Shown here in pieces: positions 18,943-28,154 of a DNA stretch of 64,000 bases. Made by a program: the position numbers and the translations under genes. The stretch's first letter is position 1; every line of letters starts with the position of its first letter. The stretch lies in the NCBI GenBank assembly GCA_016794365.1, contig JAEUKB010000085.1:19658-83657 (forward strand), written 5' to 3'. The stretch is from Myxococcales bacterium (GTDB lineage: Bacteria > Myxococcota_A > Polyangia > Palsa-1104 > JAEUJZ01). Below the pieces are notes generated by a model. That model had not been told where the DNA came from. It saw only the letters and a program-made list of their open reading frames with translations, and did no database searches.

Positions 18943-20733
18943 TTAGGTAAGCGGCTCGACGGACAGCCTCGATACGGCAACCGCTGACGAGAGTCCTTTG
19001 CCAACAATCGAAAAGATCGGACCCGCTTTGACACCGGGCAGCGACTCACACAGCGACAGCAGGCTCGACGGCAGCAAGATATCGCCAGCATGCGCCTCGC
19101 TGGTCAGACGGGAACAAATCGCCACCGTCTGTCCAAAATAGTCGAGCCGTCGATCCTGACCGACCAAGCTCGCTGCGCCCGCAAACAGTCCCAGACGCAT
19201 GCCCAGCAGGTGCGCAAACGGATTGTCGGCTCGCAGCGTCATCACCGCACGCTGCGCTGCAATCGCGGCGCGCAAGGCCGACTCAGCGCTCGCAAAGGCC
19301 ACCGACAGACCGGATGTCACGCTGTAGAGCACCGCACCTTGCTCGCTCTCGACGGCACGCTCGACGGCTTGCTGAAGCTCTTGAAGCTGCCGAAAGGCAC
19401 CAGCATCCCCGAGCGCCGAGCACAGCTCACCGAGCGAAGCAAACTCACACTGCCACAGCGCCACCGACGGCACAGCGAGCTGCACCGAAGGCTTGGGAAT
19501 TTCCGACGGGAATAGCTGTCGAAACAGCGGCTGGAGCGTCAGCTTATGTCCGTCGAGTCGCTGCGCATTCCACTCGGTACGCTCTAGCTTGAAGTGCCGC
19601 GCTTGGTTGGTGGTGTGCTCGATCGTCAGCGTCCCGCCCATCGCGACTTCTACCGTCGCTGGCACAATCGAATCCGTCACCGTGATGCTCGCTTGCTGCG
19701 GTCCCAGCGTACTGACCTTGAGCACACCACTTGCACCGCCGCGCGCCCACAGCCGAAACTCACCGGGCTCATTGGGAACGTGAAACTGCACACTGCTCGA
19801 TGCGGGCAGCACGAGCTGAGTCAGCACATGCGATGACGAGCTGGGATTGACGCTGGTGTAAATCGGTCGCGACATGGGTCGAATGCCGAGAGCAGGCCGA
19901 AACGTCACCTCGACATTGCTCGCAAACTCGACGGGAACCCGCAGCTCGCACAGCGAACAGAAAGACTCGTCGGACAGCTCGCTCAAGTGATCATGCTGAC
20001 TCGCTGGACTGCGACAGCTTGGACACAGCACATCGAAGCTGGGCTGAAGCAGACCGTGCGCACAGCCAAGCAGCAGCAGACGCAACACCGACGCTTCACC
20101 CTGCCCTAGCGACTCACACAGCGACGACAAACGGAGCGCATCGATATCCAGATCATCCGTCCGTCTCAGCAGCGCCAGCAGCGAGTCCACGAGCGGCTGA
20201 TCTTCCGTCGGCAGCGCAGCTTTGGTCTTCGTCACCGCCACAGCCAGCGACGGCTCTACAAACGAAGACAGTCGCTGCTGGGTCTTGGCTCCACGCTGAA
20301 GTCCCTCGTCGATCCGCAGCAGCGTCCGCGCCAGGTGCCACAGCGTGCCTTGTCCATACAGTCGAATCAGCCAGCCAACCTGCGGGATACGCGGCTCGAG
20401 CTGCATCTCGATGAGCAGCTTGGTGCCTTGCATCTGCGGCGTCAGCGTAAAGCGCGTTGCGACGCTGGCCACCAGACCTTGATGCAGCACCCGTTTCGAC
20501 ACAAGCAGCGACGGAACATTCCACTGTGGCGGCAGCTCCGTAAACGGAATCGCCTTGGGTCCAGTGCGCGCACGAAGCAGAAATCTCGCCGAGCCTTCCC
20601 CGACGATCGGTTCCCGCAAGACCGCTGGCTGTCCAAGCGTTCGATAGAGCCTGTCGCTATCGGCCAAGACCACAAACAGTGCGCTCGGCGCTGCTGCACA
20701 GGACAATTCCCGACGCAAAACGATGGCTTCCAC
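18943..20733 (-). CDS. Protein with a C-terminal class III adenylate/guanylate cyclase-like domain; key residues are degenerate and it may be inactive
   Basis: C-terminal MRLGLFAGAASLVGQDRRLDYFGQTVAICSRLTSEAHAGDILL matches the RxGxHxGxxxxGxxGxxRxxYxxxGxxVNxAxR pattern of cyclase homology domains. The N-terminal 400 aa has no recognisable domain. Confidence 0.45.
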   Translation of the reverse strand: MEAIVLRRELSCAAAPSALFVVLADSDRLYRTLGQPAVLREPIVGEGSARFLLRARTGPKAIPFTELPPQWNVPSLLVSKRVLHQGLVASVATRFTLTPQMQGTKLLIEMQLEPRIPQVGWLIRLYGQGTLWHLARTLLRIDEGLQRGAKTQQRLSSFVEPSLAVAVTKTKAALPTEDQPLVDSLLALLRRTDDLDIDALRLSSLCESLGQGEASVLRLLLLGCAHGLLQPSFDVLCPSCRSPASQHDHLSELSDESFCSLCELRVPVEFASNVEVTFRPALGIRPMSRPIYTSVNPSSSSHVLTQLVLPASSSVQFHVPNEPGEFRLWARGGASGVLKVSTLGPQQASITVTDSIVPATVEVAMGGTLTIEHTTNQARHFKLERTEWNAQRLDGHKLTLQPLFRQLFPSEIPKPSVQLAVPSVALWQCEFASLGELCSALGDAGAFRQLQELQQAVERAVESEQGAVLYSVTSGLSVAFASAESALRAAIAAQRAVMTLRADNPFAHLLGMRLGLFAGAASLVGQDRRLDYFGQTVAICSRLTSEAHAGDILLPSSLLSLCESLPGVKAGPIFSIVGKGLSSAVAVSRLSVEPLT

Positions 20734-20912
20734 GGCCCCCCCGCGATGACTGTCTCTAAGGCTAAGAAAAAGCGGACTCGTCGTCTAGCCCATCCGCAGG
20801 CAGATCGTCGGCGAACCGCATAGCGCGCGGTCTGTGACGAAGGAAGGTGTCGCCCGCACACGCACTTCATCGTCAGAGAGCGCTTGAAACCGAACCCAGG
20901 AACAAGGTATGA

Positions 20913-21494
20913 GTGATTATGCGCCCCACTGACAATGGGCATTTGTTCCTGTCCAGGGTAAGCGAGTTTGTGCTGTCACTTCCGTTCGATCTGAGGATCC
21001 TACAAGAAGCCATCACCGACGACGAATTACCACGACCACTGAGAGAACAAGCCGCCGGAGTGTTGATCCAAGCCTTTTCGCACCAGGAAGGCAGCGGTCC
21101 CGAGCGATTCTTCGAGGACGTGCTGCTGCTGCGGATCATGCTCGGTCAGCTTGCTGCCGTTGATTCCGACGAAATCAAGAGCTTTTGCGATCGTTTTGAC
21201 GAGGTATTTGGCTCGCTGCCGCAGGATCTCCCGATGCTCGAAGCGGTCCTCGGCCCCGAGCTGTGGTCCAGCCTGACAGCTCGTCTGAGCAGCCTCAGCA
21301 AGTTGATCCACAAAGGCAAGCGTCCTGCGCAGTATGTCAGCGACGATGCAACTTGGGACTCGCTCTACGACGACGGACTAGACTTTCAGACGGCATACAA
21401 CGTCACCGAAGAACAGGTCCGCAATCGCTTGCGCAGAGCCGAAACCGTCCTCGATGCGCTGCACAAGCGAGGAGCACGACCGAAGCCATTGTGA
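20913..21494 (+). CDS. Hypothetical protein
   Basis: ORF with protein-like composition; no motif recognised. Confidence 0.3.
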   Translation: MIMRPTDNGHLFLSRVSEFVLSLPFDLRILQEAITDDELPRPLREQAAGVLIQAFSHQEGSGPERFFEDVLLLRIMLGQLAAVDSDEIKSFCDRFDEVFGSLPQDLPMLEAVLGPELWSSLTARLSSLSKLIHKGKRPAQYVSDDATWDSLYDDGLDFQTAYNVTEEQVRNRLRRAETVLDALHKRGARPKPL

Positions 21495-21507
21495 TACCGT
21501 CTGCTCC

Positions 21508-23859
21508 ATGCGTAGGGCTTCTCTGCTCTTCTACCTGTCTCTGTCCACCGCCGCTGCGGCCTCTCCCGGACCTTCTGAAACCATCGGTCCGGTGCCTGGC
21601 TATTTGGGCTTGCACTCGAAGACTCGCGGTTTCGCGCTCGGAAAACCGCTGCGAGCGACCCCAACGCCCGACGGCAAGCTTGTGCTGTTTCTGCGTGCCA
21701 CGTCATCGTCGCCCGAGCTTCGACTGTACGCACTGGATGTCGCCAGCGCCGAAACGCGCGAGCTTCTGACGCCTGCACAGCTGCTGCAAGGTGCCGAAGA
21801 ACATCTCTCGGTTGAAGAAAGAGCCCGTCGCGAGCGCATGCGTCAAACCATGCGCGGCTTCACGTCGTTCGAGCTGTCCAAAGACGGCAGCTTTTTGCTG
21901 ATTCCCCTGTCGGGAAAGCTCTACACGTATCAGCTTCGCAACGGCTACAGCGTCGAGCTAACGCCCGTCACGGACCCAGCCGATCAGAGCAGCGAGCCCA
22001 TCGTCGATCCGCACCTGTCACCAAACGGCAAGTCCGTCGCCTACGTCCGGGGACGCGATCTGTTTGTGCTCGACATTGCGACGAGACGCGAACGCCGACT
22101 GATGTACAGCCGCAGTCCGGTCATCAGCTATGGCAGCGCCGAGTTCGTCGCCCAAGAAGAGCTCCATCGCTTTTCCGGCTTCTTTTGGTCCCCCGACAGC
22201 AGCCAGCTGGCCTTCACGGAAGTCAACAATCAGCCCGTCGAGACGCTCTATGTTGCCGACGCGCTGCATCCAGAGCTTCCGCCGCATCCGCTTCGCTATC
22301 CGCGCGCGGGAACCGACAACGCAGAAGTGCGTCTGGGTGTGATTTCAGCGACGGGAGGAACGCCGCAATGGATCGACTGGGATCGCTCACGTCTGCACTA
22401 TCTGGTGACGGTGGTGTGGAAAGAAGGCGGACCGCTGCTGCTGACGATGCTCAGTCGTAGCCAGCGAGAGCTGGAGCTTCTTCGCGTCGATCCAAAGACT
22501 GGCAAGACCTCGTCGGTCTACACGGAAAAAAGCGACTGGTGGATCAACATCGATCAAGACGTTCCCAGACCGCTGTCCGACGGATCAGGCTTTTTGTGGA
22601 CCAGCGAAAAGCAAGGACAGCGCGAGCTGGAGCTGCGCGACTATCAAGGCGGACTGAAGAAAATCGTCGTCGATAAGAGCCAAGGCTTTCGCAAGCTGCT
22701 CCACGTCGATGAAAAGAGCGGCTACGTCAGCTACGCAGCCAGCGTCGATCCGGCCCATCAAGCCATTTATCGCGTCTCTTTGTCGTCGGGAAATCCGATC
22801 AAGCTGACATCCAGCGACGGATATCACATGGCCAGCTTCGGTCAGCATCCCAACGTCTATGTCTTGAGCTCGTTTTCGACGACGACGCTCGGCAAGACCG
22901 TGGTGATGCGAGTGCCCGAAACCAGCCAGGCCGCGTCCGCCGATCAGCTCATCGCCGAGCTTCCGTCAGTCGCAACCACACCACCGTTTGTGCCGAACCT
23001 AGAGCTAACCCAAGTCGGTTCGCAGTCGTATCGCTCGATGCTGGTTCGTCCCCGCAACTTCCAGCCGGGCAAAAAGTATCCAGTCTTGGTTCACGTCTAC
23101 GGTGGGCCGCACCACAACCAAGTCATGTCGATCGCGGGCATGTACATGCTCGATCAGTGGCTGGCGGATCACGGCTTCATCGTGTTTATGACCGACGGAC
23201 GCGGCACGCCAGGACGCGGCATCACCTGGGAACAGTCCATCGCAGGCAATTTCGGAGAGCTTCCGCTCGAAGACCAAGTCGCTGCGCTACAAGCCGCTGG
23301 CGAGCGCTATCCCGAGATGGATCTGTCTCGCGTCGGCATCTTCGGCTGGTCATTCGGCGGCTATATGTCTGCACTCGCAGTGCTGCGCAGACCCGATGTC
23401 TTCCACGTCGGAGTAGCTGGTGCTCCCGTCGTCGATTGGCGCGACTATGACACCTGCTACACCGAGCGCTACATCAGCACGCCGAAAGAAAATCCCGATG
23501 GCTACGAGCGCTCGTCGCTGCTGACCTATGCACCACAGCTTCGTCGCCCGCTGCTCCTGATTCATGGAACTGCCGATGACAACGTGCTGTTTTTCCATAG
23601 CTTGAAGCTGTCGCAAGCGCTGTTCCGCGCCGGAAAACCGCACGAGCTGGTGCCGCTGCCAGGGCTGACCCACATGGTTCCCGATCCAGTCATCACCGAG
23701 CGACTGTGGGGACGCATCGTCGGAGCCTTCGCCGCCGTTTTGCATCCTGATCTGGAACATTTGGCGGTCAAGCCCGGTTCAGGAGCACCGCCGCTGCCCG
23801 AGCCTATCCCGGTGGCTCCGACGGGCAGCGTCCAGAAGAAACCACTCCCTCGACGGTAA
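21508..23859 (+). CDS. S9 family serine peptidase (dipeptidyl aminopeptidase / DPP IV-like beta-propeller plus prolyl oligopeptidase catalytic domain), secreted
   Basis: Signal peptide MRRASLLFYLSLSTAAAASP. Catalytic GWSFGGYMS (GxSxGG), HGTADDNV (Asp) and the C-terminal His region, preceded by a long propeller-like segment. Confidence 0.85.
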   Translation: MRRASLLFYLSLSTAAAASPGPSETIGPVPGYLGLHSKTRGFALGKPLRATPTPDGKLVLFLRATSSSPELRLYALDVASAETRELLTPAQLLQGAEEHLSVEERARRERMRQTMRGFTSFELSKDGSFLLIPLSGKLYTYQLRNGYSVELTPVTDPADQSSEPIVDPHLSPNGKSVAYVRGRDLFVLDIATRRERRLMYSRSPVISYGSAEFVAQEELHRFSGFFWSPDSSQLAFTEVNNQPVETLYVADALHPELPPHPLRYPRAGTDNAEVRLGVISATGGTPQWIDWDRSRLHYLVTVVWKEGGPLLLTMLSRSQRELELLRVDPKTGKTSSVYTEKSDWWINIDQDVPRPLSDGSGFLWTSEKQGQRELELRDYQGGLKKIVVDKSQGFRKLLHVDEKSGYVSYAASVDPAHQAIYRVSLSSGNPIKLTSSDGYHMASFGQHPNVYVLSSFSTTTLGKTVVMRVPETSQAASADQLIAELPSVATTPPFVPNLELTQVGSQSYRSMLVRPRNFQPGKKYPVLVHVYGGPHHNQVMSIAGMYMLDQWLADHGFIVFMTDGRGTPGRGITWEQSIAGNFGELPLEDQVAALQAAGERYPEMDLSRVGIFGWSFGGYMSALAVLRRPDVFHVGVAGAPVVDWRDYDTCYTERYISTPKENPDGYERSSLLTYAPQLRRPLLLIHGTADDNVLFFHSLKLSQALFRAGKPHELVPLPGLTHMVPDPVITERLWGRIVGAFAAVLHPDLEHLAVKPGSGAPPLPEPIPVAPTGSVQKKPLPRR

Positions 23860-25186
23860 AATCGACCCGCACACGCTCTTTTCCGACGGTGATCTGACGA
23901 ACCAGCGGAGCCTGTCCCGGTACGCTCACCTGCACCGTGTACTGTCCCGGTCCCGGCAAAAATCGATCATAGTGTCCGTCGCGACAGCGAGTCAGCCAGC
24001 GCTCTTGTTCGTTCAAGGTCTGCTCGACGATCCGCACCTCGGCGGACACTGCATGACCTTTGCCATCGCGCACCACGCCAAACACCGACGGACCATCGAG
24101 ATACCGATCGAACAGTCGCGTCCAGATCGGACGCATCGCCAGCGTCACTTGCCGTCGCGCATCCGCTTGGGTCGGATCTCGTCGAGCCCCCTCGACCAGC
24201 AGCGCCAGCGTGCCAAACTGCCCACGTAGATAGTCTTGATCGGTGCCATCGACGGGATAGATGTTGCGACGGACCGTGATGTCTTTGCCTTGCGGATGCC
24301 TCGGCAGCCCAGCGGTCAGCTCTTCTGCGACCAGCCACGCTTCGTTGGGCGACGGGCTCGTCACGTTATCGATCGTGTAGGGAGCCAGCACCGTCACATT
24401 GCCGGTATGAAACGACAGCGACGCAGCAAAGTGCTCACTGTCAGCCAGCCGCATCATCGCCTGCGTCTCGGGCTCTGATCCCGCCGCTGGTCCTCGGAAA
24501 TACGCACTGTCCGGCAGCGGAGAGCTTCCCTTGTCCGCCAAAAATCCCCAGCGAAACGGATAGTTGCGGTTGAGATCCACACCATCGCCGCGATCCGGCT
24601 TGCCGTTGTCGTTGTTGTCTCGTCCGTTCTTGCGTCCCGAGCGCTGAAACCCGTGCAGCGATGTCCATACTCCGTCGGGATTGACCACCGGAACGCACCA
24701 CACCACCAGTTCCTTGAGCCAGCGTCGCACCTTGCGATCCAGCGTCGGATCCGGTCGCAGCGTCGTCGCAGGCTGTTCCCCAGAGCGCAGCAGCAGCACT
24801 TCCGCCGCGTCCAGCGCCAGGTCGATCGAAAACGTCTCCACGCCGTGATGCGCACCGTTTATCAAGATCGTCGGACGACTGTCTCTGCGACGGATGTTTT
24901 TGCCAATCGCCAGCGCCCACAGCGGCCTTCCTTCGTGCGAGCGCCCAATCGAGACCAGCCTCGTCAGCTTCGGATACCGCGCATGCCAGTCGCTGAGCGT
25001 CTTGTGAACCCACTCTTCGCTGTAGCGAACCGGCTCGACGACTTCCGGCTGACTCACAAGCGGCATCGCCACCGACGGAGAAGTTTCCACAGCCGACGCA
25101 TCACTCGCTGCGCTCCAGCACAGCGCGATCTGCACCAAGCTGCACTGAAAAAGTATTCTACTTCTCAAAAAAAATTCTGCGTTCAC
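23804..25186 (-). CDS. M14 family zinc carboxypeptidase, secreted
   Basis: Signal peptide. Zinc-ligand block INGAHHGVE (HxxE), VPVVNPDG, and the downstream SFH...G region. Confidence 0.7.
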   Translation of the reverse strand: MNAEFFLRSRILFQCSLVQIALCWSAASDASAVETSPSVAMPLVSQPEVVEPVRYSEEWVHKTLSDWHARYPKLTRLVSIGRSHEGRPLWALAIGKNIRRRDSRPTILINGAHHGVETFSIDLALDAAEVLLLRSGEQPATTLRPDPTLDRKVRRWLKELVVWCVPVVNPDGVWTSLHGFQRSGRKNGRDNNDNGKPDRGDGVDLNRNYPFRWGFLADKGSSPLPDSAYFRGPAAGSEPETQAMMRLADSEHFAASLSFHTGNVTVLAPYTIDNVTSPSPNEAWLVAEELTAGLPRHPQGKDITVRRNIYPVDGTDQDYLRGQFGTLALLVEGARRDPTQADARRQVTLAMRPIWTRLFDRYLDGPSVFGVVRDGKGHAVSAEVRIVEQTLNEQERWLTRCRDGHYDRFLPGPGQYTVQVSVPGQAPLVRQITVGKERVRVDFTVEGVVSSGRCPSEPPG

Positions 25187-25258
25187 TCCGTTTCAGTCTC
25201 GGACCGCACGCAGCAGCCCGTCAAGAGCCCGCTTCAATCCAGGTAGCCAAGTCTGATA

Positions 25259-26206
25259 TTGTGTCGATTTATGAGCAAAAGTGCTGGACAAGCTCCGCCC
25301 GCTGCGTTGGGCACCCCGGAGCTGTCGGGTCCGTTTGGCGTAGGTGAGCTTCAGCTTGGAGCCTGGATCGCGGCGTTTGGACGCATGTCGGACGCGCACC
25401 CGGATATGGCTCGCATCCTGCGCGTGATTGAGCGACTGCAAGATCGACCGTTTCGCGCCCACATCGTCATCCACGGCGAGCCCGGAACCGGCAAAGAAGG
25501 CCTGGCGCGGCTGCTCCACCGTCTGATGCATCCACATGGCGCACCGTATGTCCGAGCGAACCTGACCGGCTGCACGTCGGACGAAATGCTCAAGCAGCTC
25601 TTTGGTCGCCAGACCTACAAAGGCAGCGGCGGAGAGGTTCGGAGCGTCGGCGATGATGGTCTGCTCGCTCAAGCCGATTCGGGCGCGCTGCTGCTCGACG
25701 AGCTACTCGTGTTGCCGCAAGACGTTCAGCGCAGCTTGTACGAACACCTCAGTCAGCACCGTTTGGGCACAAGCTCCGGCGTGGCGCTGATTGCCATGAC
25801 CGACGGCGACTTACCGCAAGCCATCAGCGACGGACGGTTCCGCCACGACCTGGCCTATCGACTGCTGCGCATCGTGATTCACGTTCCCCCGCTGCGAGAG
25901 CGACCGCAAGACATTGCGCAGTCCACGCTGTGGATCTGCAATCGCATCCTGCGCAGTCATCACGACGCGCGTCCGGCAGAGCTGCACGACCCGGAGTCAT
26001 CCGAGCCCGCAACCGCTGCATTCTTCGTCGAAGAAGCCGTCATGTCGGTGCTGCGTCAACACAGCTGGCCCGGCAACTTTCGCGAGCTGGAAGCCGTCTT
26101 GGAACGCGCCGTGATGCTCTACAGCGACGGCGAGCATCTGAGGCGTACAGATGTCGAAGCAGCGCTCGGAGACGGCTGGCCCGCCGTGCAGCTTGATAAG
26201 CCGTAG
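25259..26206 (+). CDS. Sigma-54-interaction (AAA+) domain protein, an enhancer-binding-protein-like ATPase with no receiver or HTH domain
   Basis: Walker A HGEPGTGKEGLAR, Walker B LLLDELLVL, second region of homology R-finger and GNFRELEAVLERAV. The GAFTGA loop is degenerate (QTYKGSGGE). The protein ends without a Fis-type HTH. Confidence 0.65.
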   Translation: MCRFMSKSAGQAPPAALGTPELSGPFGVGELQLGAWIAAFGRMSDAHPDMARILRVIERLQDRPFRAHIVIHGEPGTGKEGLARLLHRLMHPHGAPYVRANLTGCTSDEMLKQLFGRQTYKGSGGEVRSVGDDGLLAQADSGALLLDELLVLPQDVQRSLYEHLSQHRLGTSSGVALIAMTDGDLPQAISDGRFRHDLAYRLLRIVIHVPPLRERPQDIAQSTLWICNRILRSHHDARPAELHDPESSEPATAAFFVEEAVMSVLRQHSWPGNFRELEAVLERAVMLYSDGEHLRRTDVEAALGDGWPAVQLDKP

Positions 26207-26352
26207 AAGCTTCGCTCAAAATTTTTTTGCCTCGCACACGCGGTCAGGAATAACGGGCCGCCCTTGAATGTTCCCTGATCAGTAACTAGCTTCTCGAGCG
26301 ATGTCGCCCACGCTCCGCTGGGCCGCTCTCACGTTTGGAGGATCGTAGCGTT

Positions 26353-27960
26353 ATGAATGGCAAGCCCACTACCTTCCGCTTGTTCCGCAGTCTCGCCCTG
26401 TTCACCACCGGGGCACTCATCACCGTCGCCTGCACCAAGGTCAAAGTGAGCTGGGATCAGCAAGCCTCTGCCGCCGCGCCCGGAAGTCAGGCCCCAGCGG
26501 TGGTTTCTCCAGCGGTCCCGCCCGCCGCCCAGCCTAGCCTGCCGCCACCGACGGCCAACCAGATCGCAGACGCGCGCAGCCTGTCGCGCACCTTTTCCCA
26601 GGTCGCCGAGCAGGTCTCTCCGAGCGTCGTCTCGATTCGCGTCGCCAAGAAGCAAAAGCTCAAGGTCATGCGTCGCGGCAATCCCTTTGGCCGCGAGTTC
26701 CCCTTCCACTTCGGTCCATTCGGCAGTCCGTTCGGAGCCCCCGACGAAGAAGACGAAGAGGGCGGCGGCGAAGAGCGTCAGGGTCCCGTGCAGCGCGGCG
26801 CTGGCTCTGGTGTTGTCATCGACACCAAAGGCTACATCCTGACCAACAACCATGTCGTCGGAGACGCCGATGACATCAAGGTCCAGTTCATCGACGGCAA
26901 AGAGCTATCCGCCAAGATCGTCGGAACCGACTCGCGCTCCGACCTCGCGGTCATTCGCGTCGATGCCAAGGACTACGCGCTCAAAGCCTCCAAGCTCGGT
27001 GACTCCGAAAAGCTTCTCGTCGGTGAGTGGGTCATGGCGATCGGCAATCCGTTCGGCCTCGATCACACAGTCACCGTCGGTGTCATCAGCGCCAAGGGTC
27101 GCTCTGGCATCGGTGAAAATCGCGGCAACTATCAAGACTTCTTGCAGACCGACGCGTCGATCAATCCCGGCAACTCTGGCGGACCGCTCGTCAACCTGTC
27201 GGGCGAAGTCATCGGCATCAACACCGCGATCCTTGGCCCCGGCGGCAACATTGGCATCGGCTTTGCGGTTCCGTCTGACATGGCCAAGCCGATCGTGAGC
27301 GAGCTTCTGACGAGCGGCAAAGTCCATCGTCCGTATCTCGGCATCTCGATGCAGCAGTATGAGTCCGAGATGGCCAAAGCCATGGGCGCGCCCGAAAAAG
27401 GTGCGCTCGTTCAGGGTCTGACCGCTGGCGGTCCAGCCGACAAAGCGGGCATCCGTCGCGGCGATGTCATCACCAAAGTCGATGGCAAGCCGATTGGCAA
27501 CAGCCGCGATGTCCAGCGCCAAGTCCTGACCCATCGCGTCGGTGATGCGGTGTCCATGGAAGTCTGGCGCGACGGCAAGATGCTGACCCTGACCGCCAAA
27601 GCGGGAGAGCTTCCCTCTGATGATGCAGGTCCGGCGGCCAGTGCGGGCGCAACCGATGAAGCGTCCGCAGCCAAGGCCAAGCTCGGTCTGTCCATGCAGA
27701 GCCTGACCCCGCAGCTTGCCGAGCGATTGGGCGTCAAGAACGCGCAAGGCGTGGTCATCAGCGGCGTCAAGCCAGGCAGCCCAGCGTCGGAAGCCGGACT
27801 TCAGCGCGGTGATCTCATCCTCGAGGTCGATCGTCATCCGATCAAGACCATCGAAGAAGCCACCAAGCTGCTTGCTGCGCAGCGTCCCGGCGGACACGTC
27901 CTGTTGGTTCAGCGCGGTGACAGCAGCGTCTACATCCTGATCCGTCCGGGTGCGCAGTAA
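26353..27960 (+). CDS. htrA: Periplasmic serine endoprotease DegP/HtrA (Do family) with two PDZ domains
   Basis: Catalytic triad blocks TNNHVV (His), D in DLAVIRV, and GNSGGPLVN (Ser), plus two PDZ-like segments (GALVQGL...GIRRGDVI and GVVISGV...GLQRGDLI). Confidence 0.9.
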   Translation: MNGKPTTFRLFRSLALFTTGALITVACTKVKVSWDQQASAAAPGSQAPAVVSPAVPPAAQPSLPPPTANQIADARSLSRTFSQVAEQVSPSVVSIRVAKKQKLKVMRRGNPFGREFPFHFGPFGSPFGAPDEEDEEGGGEERQGPVQRGAGSGVVIDTKGYILTNNHVVGDADDIKVQFIDGKELSAKIVGTDSRSDLAVIRVDAKDYALKASKLGDSEKLLVGEWVMAIGNPFGLDHTVTVGVISAKGRSGIGENRGNYQDFLQTDASINPGNSGGPLVNLSGEVIGINTAILGPGGNIGIGFAVPSDMAKPIVSELLTSGKVHRPYLGISMQQYESEMAKAMGAPEKGALVQGLTAGGPADKAGIRRGDVITKVDGKPIGNSRDVQRQVLTHRVGDAVSMEVWRDGKMLTLTAKAGELPSDDAGPAASAGATDEASAAKAKLGLSMQSLTPQLAERLGVKNAQGVVISGVKPGSPASEAGLQRGDLILEVDRHPIKTIEEATKLLAAQRPGGHVLLVQRGDSSVYILIRPGAQ

Positions 27961-28110
27961 CAATATGAGTCCTTGGGAATGCTTCTTATTGCATTCCCAA
28001 GGCTCCTTTGTGACTCACACTGCGCCCTCTTTTCCGCCCTCGCCTCTTCAACATCCCTGTACGTAGTCACAATATGAATCCTTGGGAATGCTTCTTATTG
28101 CATTCCTGCT
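27961..28110. repeat. Two copies of a 37-bp AT-rich hairpin repeat (caatatga[g/a]tccttgggaatgcttcttattgcattcc), 109 bp apart, in a convergent intergenic region. They probably act as bidirectional terminators.
   Basis: Copy A 27961-27997 and copy B 28070-28106. Each holds an inverted repeat ttgggaatgc/gcattccc(aa) that can form an 8-10 bp stem. Confidence 0.8.
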
Positions 28111-28154
28111 CCATCCTGCCCTGACGTTGGTATCCGAAACTGAGCGCTTGGGGA

